DNA of 64,000 bases from Pseudomonadota bacterium (GTDB taxonomy: Bacteria > Verrucomicrobiota > Verrucomicrobiia > Limisphaerales > SXTU01). The notes under the pieces are model-generated. The model made no database searches, was not told the DNA's origin, and saw nothing but the letters and a program-made list of their open reading frames with translations. Of the stretch, positions 9,055-17,391 are shown piece by piece (within the stretch, counting starts at the first letter, position 1; the number at the start of each line of letters is the position of its first letter). Location of the stretch: positions 34,609 through 98,608 of the forward strand of contig RFVF01000006.1 in assembly GCA_009922615.1 (NCBI GenBank), read 5' to 3'. The position numbers and the translations under genes are program-made.

Positions 9055-9840
9055 ATGACCATCTGGGACCTTCACGTCCACATGTCCGGCGCCCCCGGCG
9101 CGACGCCCACTGAGCGCATGGCACAGCTCATTGCCTTCGCCGACCGTATGGGCATTGAGCGGCTCTGTGTTTACATGGGCATCCCGTGGTCGAAAGACCC
9201 GCCACCTGAAACCTTCCGCAAAGAGAACGACCAAGTCCTCGAAGCCATCGGCAAGTTTCCCGACCGCACGTTCGGCTTCGTCTATCTCAATCCTAAGCAC
9301 GTCGAAGCCAGCCTCGCCGAACTCGACCGCTGCGTCGCCCGCGGTCCGATGGTGGGCGTGAAACTCTGGGTCGCGCACCGCTGCAACGCCGCCGAACTCG
9401 ACCCCATCATCAAGCGCGCCGGTGAGTTGCAGGCCGTCATCTTCCAGCACACCTGGCTCAAGGTCACCGGCAACGACCCCGGCGAGTCCACGCCCTTTGA
9501 CCTCGCGGAACTCGCTGCACGCTACCCAGCCACGCCCATCATCTGCGGTCACACCGGCGGCGATTGGGAACGCGGCATCCGCGCCATCCGAGCGCACAAG
9601 AATCTCTACGCCGACCTCGCCGGCTCCGACCCCGTCGCGGGCTACACCGAGATGGCCGTGCGTGAACTCGGCCCCGAGCGCGTCATCTACGGCAGCGACG
9701 CCGGCGGCCGCAGCTTCGCCTCGCAATTGGGCAAAGTCCTTGGTGCACAAATCTCCGACGCCGCCAAGCAACTCATCCTCAGCGGTAATCTGCGCCGCCT
9801 AATCACACCCATTCTCCAGCGGAAAGGCATCAAGGCATGA
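9055..9840 (+). CDS. Amidohydrolase_2-type TIM-barrel metal-dependent hydrolase (no signal peptide)
   Basis: MTIWDLHVHMSG (HxH metal motif), ...HTGGDW..., ...YGSDAG. I prefer the ATG at 9055. Confidence 0.75.
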   Translation: MTIWDLHVHMSGAPGATPTERMAQLIAFADRMGIERLCVYMGIPWSKDPPPETFRKENDQVLEAIGKFPDRTFGFVYLNPKHVEASLAELDRCVARGPMVGVKLWVAHRCNAAELDPIIKRAGELQAVIFQHTWLKVTGNDPGESTPFDLAELAARYPATPIICGHTGGDWERGIRAIRAHKNLYADLAGSDPVAGYTEMAVRELGPERVIYGSDAGGRSFASQLGKVLGAQISDAAKQLILSGNLRRLITPILQRKGIKA

Positions 9841-10706
9841 CCGTAGATTTCCCCCGTCGCACTTTCCTGAAGTCCTCGCTAGCGGTGGCCGCGCTTGCCA
9901 CGCCGGCGGCGCGCGCCGCCGATTCCACCCGCGCCGCTGGCCTTGGCTTGGTTGACACGAACGTCAACCTCTCCCGCTGGCCGTTCCGCCGCTGTCCACT
10001 GGACGAGCCGCCCGCGCTGGTTGCCAAGCTCCGCGAGCACGGCGTTGAGCAATCTTGGGCTGGCACCTTCGACGGCCTGCTGCACAAGGACCTCGGCTCA
10101 GCCAACGCCCGCCTCGCCGCCGAGTGCCGCGCGCATGGCAACTTGCTCGTGCCCTTCGGCTCCGTGAATCCGAAGCTGCCCGACTGGGAGCAGGAATTGC
10201 GTCGCTGCGCCGAAGTGCACCGGATGCCGGGCATTCGCCTGCATCCGAATTACCACGGCTACAAGCTCGACGACCCCGCCTTCGCGCGCCTGCTCACGCT
10301 GGCCTCCGAGCGCAAGCTCGTCGTCCAACTCGCCGTCGTCATGGAGGACGAGCGCACGCTGCATCCGCTGGTGCAAGTTCCCCCCGTGGACACCGCACCA
10401 CTCGTGGACTTGCTGAAGAAAACTCCCGGCGTCCGGCTGCAACTGCTCAATGCCTTTCGCACCGTGCGCGGCGAACCGCTCCTGCGCCTCGCTGCCGCCG
10501 GCGCGCACTTCGAGATCGCGATGCTTGAAGGCGTCGGCAGCGTGGCAGGCCTCACGAAGCAGCTTCCGGCGGAACGCATTCTCTTCGGCTCGCACGCGCC
10601 GCTGTTCTACTTTGAGAGTGCCGTGCTCAAGCTCAAGGAATCCATCTTTACACCCGAGCAAGACCGGGCCATCCGCAGTGGCAATGCGCTCCGGCTGCGG
10701 GCTTAA
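9837..10706 (+). CDS. Tat-exported amidohydrolase_2-type hydrolase
   Basis: Canonical twin-arginine signal MTVDFPRRTFLKSSLAVAALATPAARA. It has an ATGA overlap with the preceding amidohydrolase. ...LFGSHAPLFY... is consistent with the same fold. Confidence 0.7.
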   Translation: MTVDFPRRTFLKSSLAVAALATPAARAADSTRAAGLGLVDTNVNLSRWPFRRCPLDEPPALVAKLREHGVEQSWAGTFDGLLHKDLGSANARLAAECRAHGNLLVPFGSVNPKLPDWEQELRRCAEVHRMPGIRLHPNYHGYKLDDPAFARLLTLASERKLVVQLAVVMEDERTLHPLVQVPPVDTAPLVDLLKKTPGVRLQLLNAFRTVRGEPLLRLAAAGAHFEIAMLEGVGSVAGLTKQLPAERILFGSHAPLFYFESAVLKLKESIFTPEQDRAIRSGNALRLRA

Positions 10707-10783
10707 ACAACCATTGGTTGGCCCAGGCCAAATTCGGACTGAGCTAGAGCGACGGCCGGTTCGTCAACCCTGCACTGTTTGAA

Positions 10784-12232
10784 ATGTCACTGTGCCCGCC
10801 ACGCCACTTGCTGACGGCAGCCCTGCTCTTGGTTTGCGTCTGGCCCCTCGCCGTCGTCCGTGCGGAGAAGGTAGCGCCGGTTCAAATTCCTGAGCTGCGC
10901 GCCGCCGTCGCCAAGGCGCTGCCGTTGCTGGAACGCAGCTCCGCCTTCGCGTTGCAGGAGCGCGCGTGCTTTACCTGCCATCACGGCGCGCACCCGTCGC
11001 TCGTCATCCACGACGCATGGGCGCGTGGTTTTGGCATCAACACCACCAACTTCGAGGATCAATTGACCCGCGCCTATCGCGGCCTGATCGAGGACGGCCC
11101 GCGCTTCAAGGACGGTTGGTCCATCGCCGGCACGGCCGACGGTCCGGGCACGGCCCTGTGGATGCTTGAAGTCGCCGGCTGGCAGCCCGATGCCATCACG
11201 GCTTCGGCCACCGAATTCTTTCTGAACGACGTCAAGCATCCCGATCATTGGGCACCGCCGATGCGTCGCCCACCGACGGTGGGCAGCGAGTTCACGACCA
11301 CTTACCTCGTGCTGCGCGGGTTGCGCAATCACCGCACGCCGGAGCTGGCCTCGCGCATTCGGGCCCGCAGCACCGCCGTCGGGAAGTGGCTGATGACCGC
11401 CCCGGCGCGCGACACCGAGGACAGCGTTCATCGCCTGCGGGCGTTGCAGTTGCTCGATGTCGATGAAGCCACTTTCCAAACCGAGCTGAAGGAACTGCTC
11501 GCCGTGCAACATGCCGACGGCGGCTGGCCGCAGAAGCTCGACACGGAAAGCGATCCCTACGCCACCGGCACCGTGCTCGCGGCGCTCCACGACACCGGGG
11601 CGCTTGCGGTGGGGGATGCCATCTTTCAGCGCGGCCTGCGCTACCTGCTCCAGGTCCAGGCGACCGATGGCTCCTGGCACGTGCGCAAGCGCACGCACGA
11701 CGTGCAGCCGTTCTTCGACAGCTCGTTCCCGCACGGCGTAGACCAGTTCATCTCCATCTCTGCGACCAGTTGGGCCAGCTACGCGCTCCTGCGCGCGGTG
11801 CCACTGACCGCGAAGAAAACTTACCTCGCCGCCCATCCGCAAGCGGCGGCCCGCGTGCTCGCCGGAGCCAGGCCGAACGCCGAGCCGCATTTCACCGAGG
11901 CACAACTCGCCTTTTTCCGTGAGAAAATCGAGCCTGTGCTGGTCGCACAATGCTACGAGTGCCATTCCGTGCGCGCGAAGAAGTTGAAAGCCCACCTCTT
12001 TCTCGACACGCGCGCGGGTCTGCTCGCGGGCGGCGACAGCGGGCCAGTCCTGCGTCCGCACGATCCCGATCACAGCCTGATCCTCCGCGCGCTGCTGAAC
12101 GATCATCAGGACCTAATGCCGCCGAAGAAGCCGCTTGCCGAGGCCGTCATCGCCGACTTTCGCCGGTGGATCGAAATGGGGGCGCCCGACTCGCGCGCCG
12201 AGCCGACAGCGAAACCGACGGCTTACAAGTGA
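10784..12232 (+). CDS. Prenyltransferase/squalene-oxidase-repeat (alpha/alpha toroid) protein with N-terminal CxxCH and a C-terminal planctomycete-type cytochrome c domain
   Basis: Signal peptide. CFTCHH near the N-terminus. QxxDGGW/DGSW-type toroid repeats (VQHADGGWPQK, VQATDGSWH). C-terminal CYECHS...GGDSGP...LMPPKK (PSCyt1-like). Confidence 0.7.
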   Translation: MSLCPPRHLLTAALLLVCVWPLAVVRAEKVAPVQIPELRAAVAKALPLLERSSAFALQERACFTCHHGAHPSLVIHDAWARGFGINTTNFEDQLTRAYRGLIEDGPRFKDGWSIAGTADGPGTALWMLEVAGWQPDAITASATEFFLNDVKHPDHWAPPMRRPPTVGSEFTTTYLVLRGLRNHRTPELASRIRARSTAVGKWLMTAPARDTEDSVHRLRALQLLDVDEATFQTELKELLAVQHADGGWPQKLDTESDPYATGTVLAALHDTGALAVGDAIFQRGLRYLLQVQATDGSWHVRKRTHDVQPFFDSSFPHGVDQFISISATSWASYALLRAVPLTAKKTYLAAHPQAAARVLAGARPNAEPHFTEAQLAFFREKIEPVLVAQCYECHSVRAKKLKAHLFLDTRAGLLAGGDSGPVLRPHDPDHSLILRALLNDHQDLMPPKKPLAEAVIADFRRWIEMGAPDSRAEPTAKPTAYK

Positions 12233-12276
12233 GGGTGTGCCTGAACCCATGCCGGCGGTTTCCAGTCACCAGCACA

Positions 12277-13419
12277 TCAATTCGCTCGTCGCGCCCACCT
12301 CAGTTTAGCCGGTGAAGAACGCGGGTTGTCGCGCCGTTCCTCGGGCGTTGGGCGGAGCACTTCCTCTGCGATGGCTGCGTAAACCCCGTCGCGCAGGCCT
12401 GCGGCAAAGGCTTTTTTCACGCGCCGGTCTTCGCCGGAATGGAACGTCAGGATCGCCACGCGACCGCGAGGATTCAGGCACGCGGGCAGATGCCGCAGCA
12501 ACGTGTCCAACGCGCCGAACTCATCATTCACCGCGATGCGCAAGGCTTGAAACACGCGCCGAACCGTGAGGTCCGCTTCGTCCCGGCCCACACGGGGCAC
12601 GGCGGTGCGGATCGCGTCTGCGAGCGAGCGCGTCGTGGCGAAGTGGTGCTGGGCCAGCGCGGCGGCGAGCTCGGTGGCACGCGGTTCGTCGGCGTTTTCT
12701 TGCAGCAACTGCGCGAGGGCGGCGGGCGAAATCTTTGCGAGCAGGGCGGACACCGGCTGGCCGCGCTGCGGGTTCATGCGCATGTCCAGCGGCCCATCGC
12801 CCTTCGTCGAGAAGCCGCGCGCCGGATCGTCGATCTGCATCGAGGACACGCCAAGGTCCGCGAGGACGCAGTCGGCTTTGGAAATCCCGAATTCCGAATT
12901 CCGAATTCCGAATTCAGCCAGCGCCTGCGGCAGCCCGGCGAAGTTGCTGCGCACCGGAGTGAAGACCTCTGGCCCGAAGCCCGCCTCGCGCAGCCGCGCC
13001 TCTGTCCTCGGCAGTTCCACCGGGTCCGCATCCAAGCCGAGCAGATGACCACCGGGCTGGAGCCGCTTGAGCAATTCGCGCGCGTGGCCGCCGTAGCCCA
13101 GCGTGCAATCCACCGCCACCGCGCCGGGCTGGGGCGCGAGCAGGGCGAGAATCTCCGCGACCATGATGGGCCGGTGCGTGCCGGCGGGTGTCTTGCCCGA
13201 CGCGAGCACCTTGGCGACCGTCTCCGCGTAACGCTGTGGATCGCGCTCCTTGTATTTCTCCTCGAACTGCCGGGGGTTCTTACCCGAGTAACGCGGGCGG
13301 CGGCGGTGCGGCGGCGAGGTCGGAGAGTTGTCGGGGGATGGCAAAGGTGAGTCGGTCACAGCGACGCCATTGTGTTGCCAACCACGGTCGAGTGCAACGC
13401 GCCGCGTTGAGCATCGCAA
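12277..13419 (-). CDS. rsmH: 16S rRNA (cytosine1402-N4)-methyltransferase RsmH with an N-terminal extension
   Basis: HRPIMVAEIL, LGYGGHA, DLGVSSMQID, PLDMRM, FHSGEDRRVK. The start is uncertain (TTG at 13419 in the ORF track). There is no in-frame ATG before the conserved core. Confidence 0.85.
   Translation of the reverse strand: MRCSTRRVALDRGWQHNGVAVTDSPLPSPDNSPTSPPHRRRPRYSGKNPRQFEEKYKERDPQRYAETVAKVLASGKTPAGTHRPIMVAEILALLAPQPGAVAVDCTLGYGGHARELLKRLQPGGHLLGLDADPVELPRTEARLREAGFGPEVFTPVRSNFAGLPQALAEFGIRNSEFGISKADCVLADLGVSSMQIDDPARGFSTKGDGPLDMRMNPQRGQPVSALLAKISPAALAQLLQENADEPRATELAAALAQHHFATTRSLADAIRTAVPRVGRDEADLTVRRVFQALRIAVNDEFGALDTLLRHLPACLNPRGRVAILTFHSGEDRRVKKAFAAGLRDGVYAAIAEEVLRPTPEERRDNPRSSPAKLRWARRAN
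12887..12914. repeat. Perfect tandem heptamer (CCGAATT)x4 inside rsmH, self-complementary via GAATTC
   Basis: Read directly. It encodes ...FGIRNSEFGIS... between conserved RsmH blocks. Confidence 0.9.
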
Positions 13420-13488
13420 AGTAGGTTAGTGCTTCCAGCCTGACCTCCCACTTTCCTAGCCCACTCAAGCGGAATGATTCAGATGGAA

Positions 13489-13510
13489 GGACAGGCGGGA
13501 CGCGCTGTCC
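13489..13510. repeat. REP-like palindromic motif GGACAGGCGGGACGCGCTGTCC (copy 1)
   Basis: 6-bp stem ggacag/ctgtcc. A near-identical 25-mer, including the trailing TAC, occurs at 40893-40917. It abuts the stop codon of the 13510-13956 gene. Confidence 0.6.
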
Positions 13511-13956
13511 TACTTGGGTGGCGCGCCAGCCACGCCTGAAGTTGAAGGCAGCACATGGCCCTTGTCGGCGTGGCTGCAACGCGGCGGCTCGTTGACCGCG
13601 CCGAGGGTGTAGGTGCCGCCGGCGGGGCAAACGGGCATACGGCCCCCTTTGAGAAATGGCGAGAGGTCGGAAGCTTGCGCAGTAGCTGATGCCTCCGGTT
13701 TGGTCAGCGTGGCCCAAATTCTTTTAGCCTCGGCGAGCTGCTTCATGTTGGCGATGCAGCTGTTTTTGCGCGCTGCAGGGCCAGCGGGCAAGGCACTCTG
13801 CGGTCCGAGCGCCAACTCCAGAAATGCCCACGCGAGTGCTGGCACAAGCCACACTTTCGATGCTCCACGCTTTTTTACGAACCAGATGGCTATGACCGTC
13901 GGTGCGAAGGCTCCTATCACCACCAACGGCATTATGAGAAGAATTGGTTCGCGCAT
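13510..13956 (-). CDS. Small membrane protein with a Cys-containing C-terminal domain resembling PVC-group pseudopilin-like proteins
   Basis: Two hydrophobic segments, then NSCIANMKQLAEAKRIWA...CPAGGTYTLGAVNEPPRCS. It lies 10 nt downstream of the preceding gene, with GAGG before the ATG. Confidence 0.55.
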   Translation of the reverse strand: MREPILLIMPLVVIGAFAPTVIAIWFVKKRGASKVWLVPALAWAFLELALGPQSALPAGPAARKNSCIANMKQLAEAKRIWATLTKPEASATAQASDLSPFLKGGRMPVCPAGGTYTLGAVNEPPRCSHADKGHVLPSTSGVAGAPPK

Positions 13957-13966
13957 ACCTCGCTCC

Positions 13967-16336
13967 TCACTCCTTCGGCACCTGATTCAGTGTGTAGTGC
14001 AGCGTGTCATTCCGCAGCGCGTCGCCCCGATTGTTCTTCAATTCCAGCGCGCGGAGCATGACGACGTGGCGCGGCTTCAGGCCTTCCACCGTCAGGCGCA
14101 CGGAGAGTTTGTCATCGGCCACGGCGGCGTGGGTTACGCGCACGGGCGGGCCGGGGATTTTCTCGTCGCGGTCTTTCTCGGGCGCGTTGTGCCTGCCGTC
14201 GTAGGCGTAGGTGTATTGTGTGGCGTCCCAGTTCTCGGCGTTGCCGGCGAGCGCGGCGTCCACGGGCTGAGTGAAGGCCACGACGAACCCATTCGCGCGT
14301 GCAGACACAGTCTTGAACTCGAAGGGCACGCGGCCTCGGAAGGTCACGCGATCAAGCGAGTGCGGCTGTGGCGCGATGTTCGTCCAGTGCCCGAAGCGCA
14401 GCCCGCCCACGTAGAGCCGCGAGTCCGGCCCGTAGGCCAGGCGGTTCACGCCGGAGGCAAAACCTTTCACGAGCGGAAACACCGCGCCCTGCCACTGGCC
14501 GTTCACCCGTTCCAGCGCGACGCGGAAGACGGCGGCATTTTGAAATTCGCCCACGAGCATCTGGCCCGCGAATGGCCCGAAGCGCGCGTCGCTCACGTTG
14601 GCGATGCCGCTGGCGGAGCGCACCCACGCGTAGGGAAACCACACGGCGGGCGGCGTGAAGTTGGTGTCGCCGTTGAATTGCGCGGGCGGTGCGGGCCACG
14701 CGCTGGGGTGGCCGTAGAAGTTGGTGAATTGCAGATGATTCAACTTGTTCGCCGCGATCCAGTGGCCCTGGTTGTCGGTCATGAAGAGGTCGCCGCGAAA
14801 TTCGCCAAAGCCATTGGGCACGCGCAGGCCGGAGCAGAAGGGATCGGTGCGCCAGGTGTCGGCGAAGGGAACTTCGCCGGTGTTGTTCGGATGCGGCGTG
14901 ATCTTCAGGCACCAGCCCATGCCGGTAATCTCGGGCATGGTGCGATGGCCCGTGATCAACGCGCCGAGCACACCGCTCTCATCCACGAGCGGCCCGGTGG
15001 CGAAGGAATGATAATTCCCCGTGTAGCCCCAGGCGTCGCTGACGCACTCGAAAACATCCGCCACGCCGTCGCCATCGGTGTCGCGCAGGCGCGTGAGCTC
15101 GCACTTTTGCATCACGTAGATTGCGCCGCCCACGACGCGCAGGCCGCCGGGTTCGTTCAAGCCGCTGGCGTAACGATGCCACTTCGCGGCCTTCGGATCG
15201 TCGGCCGTGCCCTCGATGAGGAAGACGTCGCCTTGATACGTGGCGATGGCGAGATTGCCGTCGGGCAAAAAATCCATGCCGGCGACGGTGAGTTTGAGTT
15301 CCTTGGGAATGGGAAAATGTTCGATGGCGTAGAAGTCATCGCCGCCGGGAGTGTCAGAAAAATTTGGGTCCGGCAGAAAGACGGGCGCGGGGTTCGTGAC
15401 TTTCGCCGGTGTGGGCAAGGGCTTCAACGGGCCGGCGAGTTGCTTCGCCAGCGCGCTCGCGGTGTTCAGGTCCGCACAGAGCGCCGTCGCGATTTCAAAC
15501 GTCTGGGATTGTTCGCTCGGGGCGATGGCGACGCGCAACGAGACCTTGCGACCGGCGACGGAGTTGGTGAGCAGCGCGGAGTAGGGCCCTTTGCCATCGC
15601 GTTCGCTGACGAGGAATTCCGTGACCGGCGCGGTGGATACGAGCGGTATGAAACTGCCGCCCGGCAACCCGCGCAGCACGGCAACGAGCACGCCCGCCGG
15701 GGTGCGAATGCCCTGCGCGCCGGACGCGCCGAGGAGGTTGACGGGATCGCCGGGTTCGTCGTGCGCGTTGAAGCGGACGCGGCGCGTGAGCGGAGCGATT
15801 TCAAAGCGGCGGATGATGACGGCGTGCTCGCCGACGCGTTCCAGCCGAGGCGATTCAATGACGCCGACGGACGGATCACCCGGTGGAAACAATTCATAGA
15901 CGAAGGCCGTCGCGCCACCGCGTGTGCTGTGGCCCTTGAAGCGCGTGAGTGGGCCGTCCGCTTCCGCCGTCACGGCGTCGAAGGACCACGGACTCCGCGC
16001 GAGGCTGCCCCAGAGCCGCGTGCCGGTGATGTCGCACACGAAGCGCGCGGCGGTGCCGGTGTAGGGCGGGCCGTAGAGATTCAGCGGTTCGCCCTGCCAG
16101 ACGGTGTGCGTGCGGAGCAGGAGAGCATCGAAGGCGAGGTGAACATTCGTGGCCAGCGGCACCACGATGCTCCGGCTGGACTGGGCCATCGGAGCACGGC
16201 GGAAGGGGAGATCGGGGGCGTCGTGCGCGGCGGGGAGAGCGGCCGGTGCAGCGGGCTTTTGCGGGATTTGCGCCGGAGCTGACGCGACCAACCCGGCGGA
16301 GAGCACCGTCAACAGGAAGTTCAATGGATGCCGCAT
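13967..16336 (-). CDS. Secreted beta-propeller protein of the Pirellula/Verrucomicrobium 'putative membrane-bound dehydrogenase' type, without a heme domain (paralog A)
   Basis: ATG at 16336 (MRHPLNFLLTVLSAGLVASAPAQ signal). Contains QKCELTRLRDTDGDGVADVFECVSDAWG. Has a C-terminal Ig-like module. It is clearly paralogous to 37823-40111 and to the C-terminal half of 40958-44494. No CxxCH was seen. Confidence 0.7.
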   Translation of the reverse strand: MRHPLNFLLTVLSAGLVASAPAQIPQKPAAPAALPAAHDAPDLPFRRAPMAQSSRSIVVPLATNVHLAFDALLLRTHTVWQGEPLNLYGPPYTGTAARFVCDITGTRLWGSLARSPWSFDAVTAEADGPLTRFKGHSTRGGATAFVYELFPPGDPSVGVIESPRLERVGEHAVIIRRFEIAPLTRRVRFNAHDEPGDPVNLLGASGAQGIRTPAGVLVAVLRGLPGGSFIPLVSTAPVTEFLVSERDGKGPYSALLTNSVAGRKVSLRVAIAPSEQSQTFEIATALCADLNTASALAKQLAGPLKPLPTPAKVTNPAPVFLPDPNFSDTPGGDDFYAIEHFPIPKELKLTVAGMDFLPDGNLAIATYQGDVFLIEGTADDPKAAKWHRYASGLNEPGGLRVVGGAIYVMQKCELTRLRDTDGDGVADVFECVSDAWGYTGNYHSFATGPLVDESGVLGALITGHRTMPEITGMGWCLKITPHPNNTGEVPFADTWRTDPFCSGLRVPNGFGEFRGDLFMTDNQGHWIAANKLNHLQFTNFYGHPSAWPAPPAQFNGDTNFTPPAVWFPYAWVRSASGIANVSDARFGPFAGQMLVGEFQNAAVFRVALERVNGQWQGAVFPLVKGFASGVNRLAYGPDSRLYVGGLRFGHWTNIAPQPHSLDRVTFRGRVPFEFKTVSARANGFVVAFTQPVDAALAGNAENWDATQYTYAYDGRHNAPEKDRDEKIPGPPVRVTHAAVADDKLSVRLTVEGLKPRHVVMLRALELKNNRGDALRNDTLHYTLNQVPKE

Positions 16337-16407
16337 GGACGCAGCGTAGCCCGGCGGGCTTGGGCGGCGAGCGGGAAGTGAGGCCGATGGCGAGGTTGAC
16401 GGCGCGA

Positions 16408-16428
16408 ACTTTGCACTTTGAAGTTTCC
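16408..16428. repeat. Tandem heptamer (ACTTTGC ACTTTGA AGTTTCC) in the divergent region upstream of the GrpE-like gene
   Basis: Read directly. 16408-16422 is the reverse complement of 5861-5875. Confidence 0.7.
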
Positions 16429-16452
16429 GCGTTCGCCGTAACCTCCGCCGCC

Positions 16453-17292
16453 ATGAGTGACCGACCCGAGACACGTCTCGCCCGCTGGCCGTCCGTCCTG
16501 CCGTTCCTGATCGGCGCGGCGGCGCTGGATTATGCCGCTTGGTGGGTGGTGGAGAAGAGCGATCACCCCATCAACATCTGGATGGCGGTGTTGGCGCTGG
16601 TGGCGGTCGGCGGAGCCGCGTGGGTTTCGGTGATGCCGTTTCTGACGGATGCCGCGAATGCCACGAAGCTGGAGGAGTTGGAGAAGCTTCAGTCCACGGC
16701 GAATCAAATTCAAAACCTGGAGAAGATCGCCACCCAAGTCACCATCGCCACCGCGCAGTGGCAGAACGTGCAGGAGCACAACACCAAGGCGATCGACGCC
16801 GCGAAGCAGGTGTCCGATGAAATGACGCAAGAGGCGTTGCGCTTCGGCGAGTTCATGAAGAAGGCCAACGACTCCGAGAAGGCCACGCTGCGGCTCGAAG
16901 TCGAGAAGCTGAAGCGCGCCGAGACGGACTGGCTCCAAGTGCTCGTGCGCGTCCTGGATCACGTTTACGCGCTGCACCGCGCGGGCAAGCATTCCGGCCA
17001 GCAAAACTTGATCGACCAACTGGCGCATTTTCAAAACGCCTGCCGCGATGCGGCGCGTCGCATTGGGCTCGTCGCGTTCGCCCCGGCAGCGGGGGACGGT
17101 TTCGAGCCGGGGCAGCATCAGACGGCGGATGGGCGCAAGGATATTCCGGAGGATGCCAAGATTTTTGAGACAGTGGCCACGGGCTACACCTTCCAAGGCC
17201 AGATGCTCCGGCCTGCGTTGGTAATGCTCGAAGCGCCCAAGGCTCCGCTTCCCGTTGTTGCGCCCGAAACGGACGCCGTTGCGGAGCAATGA
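16453..17292 (+). CDS. Two-TM membrane protein with a coiled coil and a C-terminal GrpE-like nucleotide-exchange-factor domain
   Basis: Hydrophobic segments WPSVLPFLIGAAALDYAAWWVV and IWMAVLALVAVGGAAWVSVMPFL, followed by heptad-rich helices. Then LVRVLDHVYAL...IGLVAFAPAAGDGFEPGQHQTA...TVATGYTFQGQMLRPALVML, matching the GrpE signature (G-x-x-F-D/E-P-x-x-H ... G-Y-x-x-x-x-x-x-L-R-P-A-x-V). An alternative in-frame ATG lies at 16387. Confidence 0.6.
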   Translation: MSDRPETRLARWPSVLPFLIGAAALDYAAWWVVEKSDHPINIWMAVLALVAVGGAAWVSVMPFLTDAANATKLEELEKLQSTANQIQNLEKIATQVTIATAQWQNVQEHNTKAIDAAKQVSDEMTQEALRFGEFMKKANDSEKATLRLEVEKLKRAETDWLQVLVRVLDHVYALHRAGKHSGQQNLIDQLAHFQNACRDAARRIGLVAFAPAAGDGFEPGQHQTADGRKDIPEDAKIFETVATGYTFQGQMLRPALVMLEAPKAPLPVVAPETDAVAEQ

Positions 17293-17391
17293 TTTGCTGA
17301 GTTGAACACGCGCGTGTTGCGGCAAAGTTGCTTCGCGGAGCAATGACGGTTGGGCGTTTGACCGGGACCGTTTAGTTTAACGGCAAAGCTT

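Noticed and set aside
12887-12914. Short tandem repeats (here and at 23833, 37655 and 56257) as a possible CRISPR array
   Set aside because: The units are 6-9 nt with no spacers, and there are no cas genes. These are simple tandem repeats, not CRISPR.
13613-16282. 889-aa ORF on the plus strand, and similar long ORFs at 21944-23686, 25197-26735, 10787-12106, 36936-38042, 59465-62338 and 62938-63978
   Set aside because: All lie antisense to genes with clear family motifs. Their translations are Arg/Ala/Gly/Pro-rich low-complexity sequence, typical of shadow ORFs in GC-rich DNA.
16408-16422. ACTTTGCACTTTGAA as a CIRCE or HAIR heat-shock operator upstream of a GrpE-like gene
   Set aside because: CIRCE (TTAGCACTC-N9-GAGTGCTAA) and HAIR are inverted repeats. 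This motif is a direct repeat with only superficial GCAC similarity.
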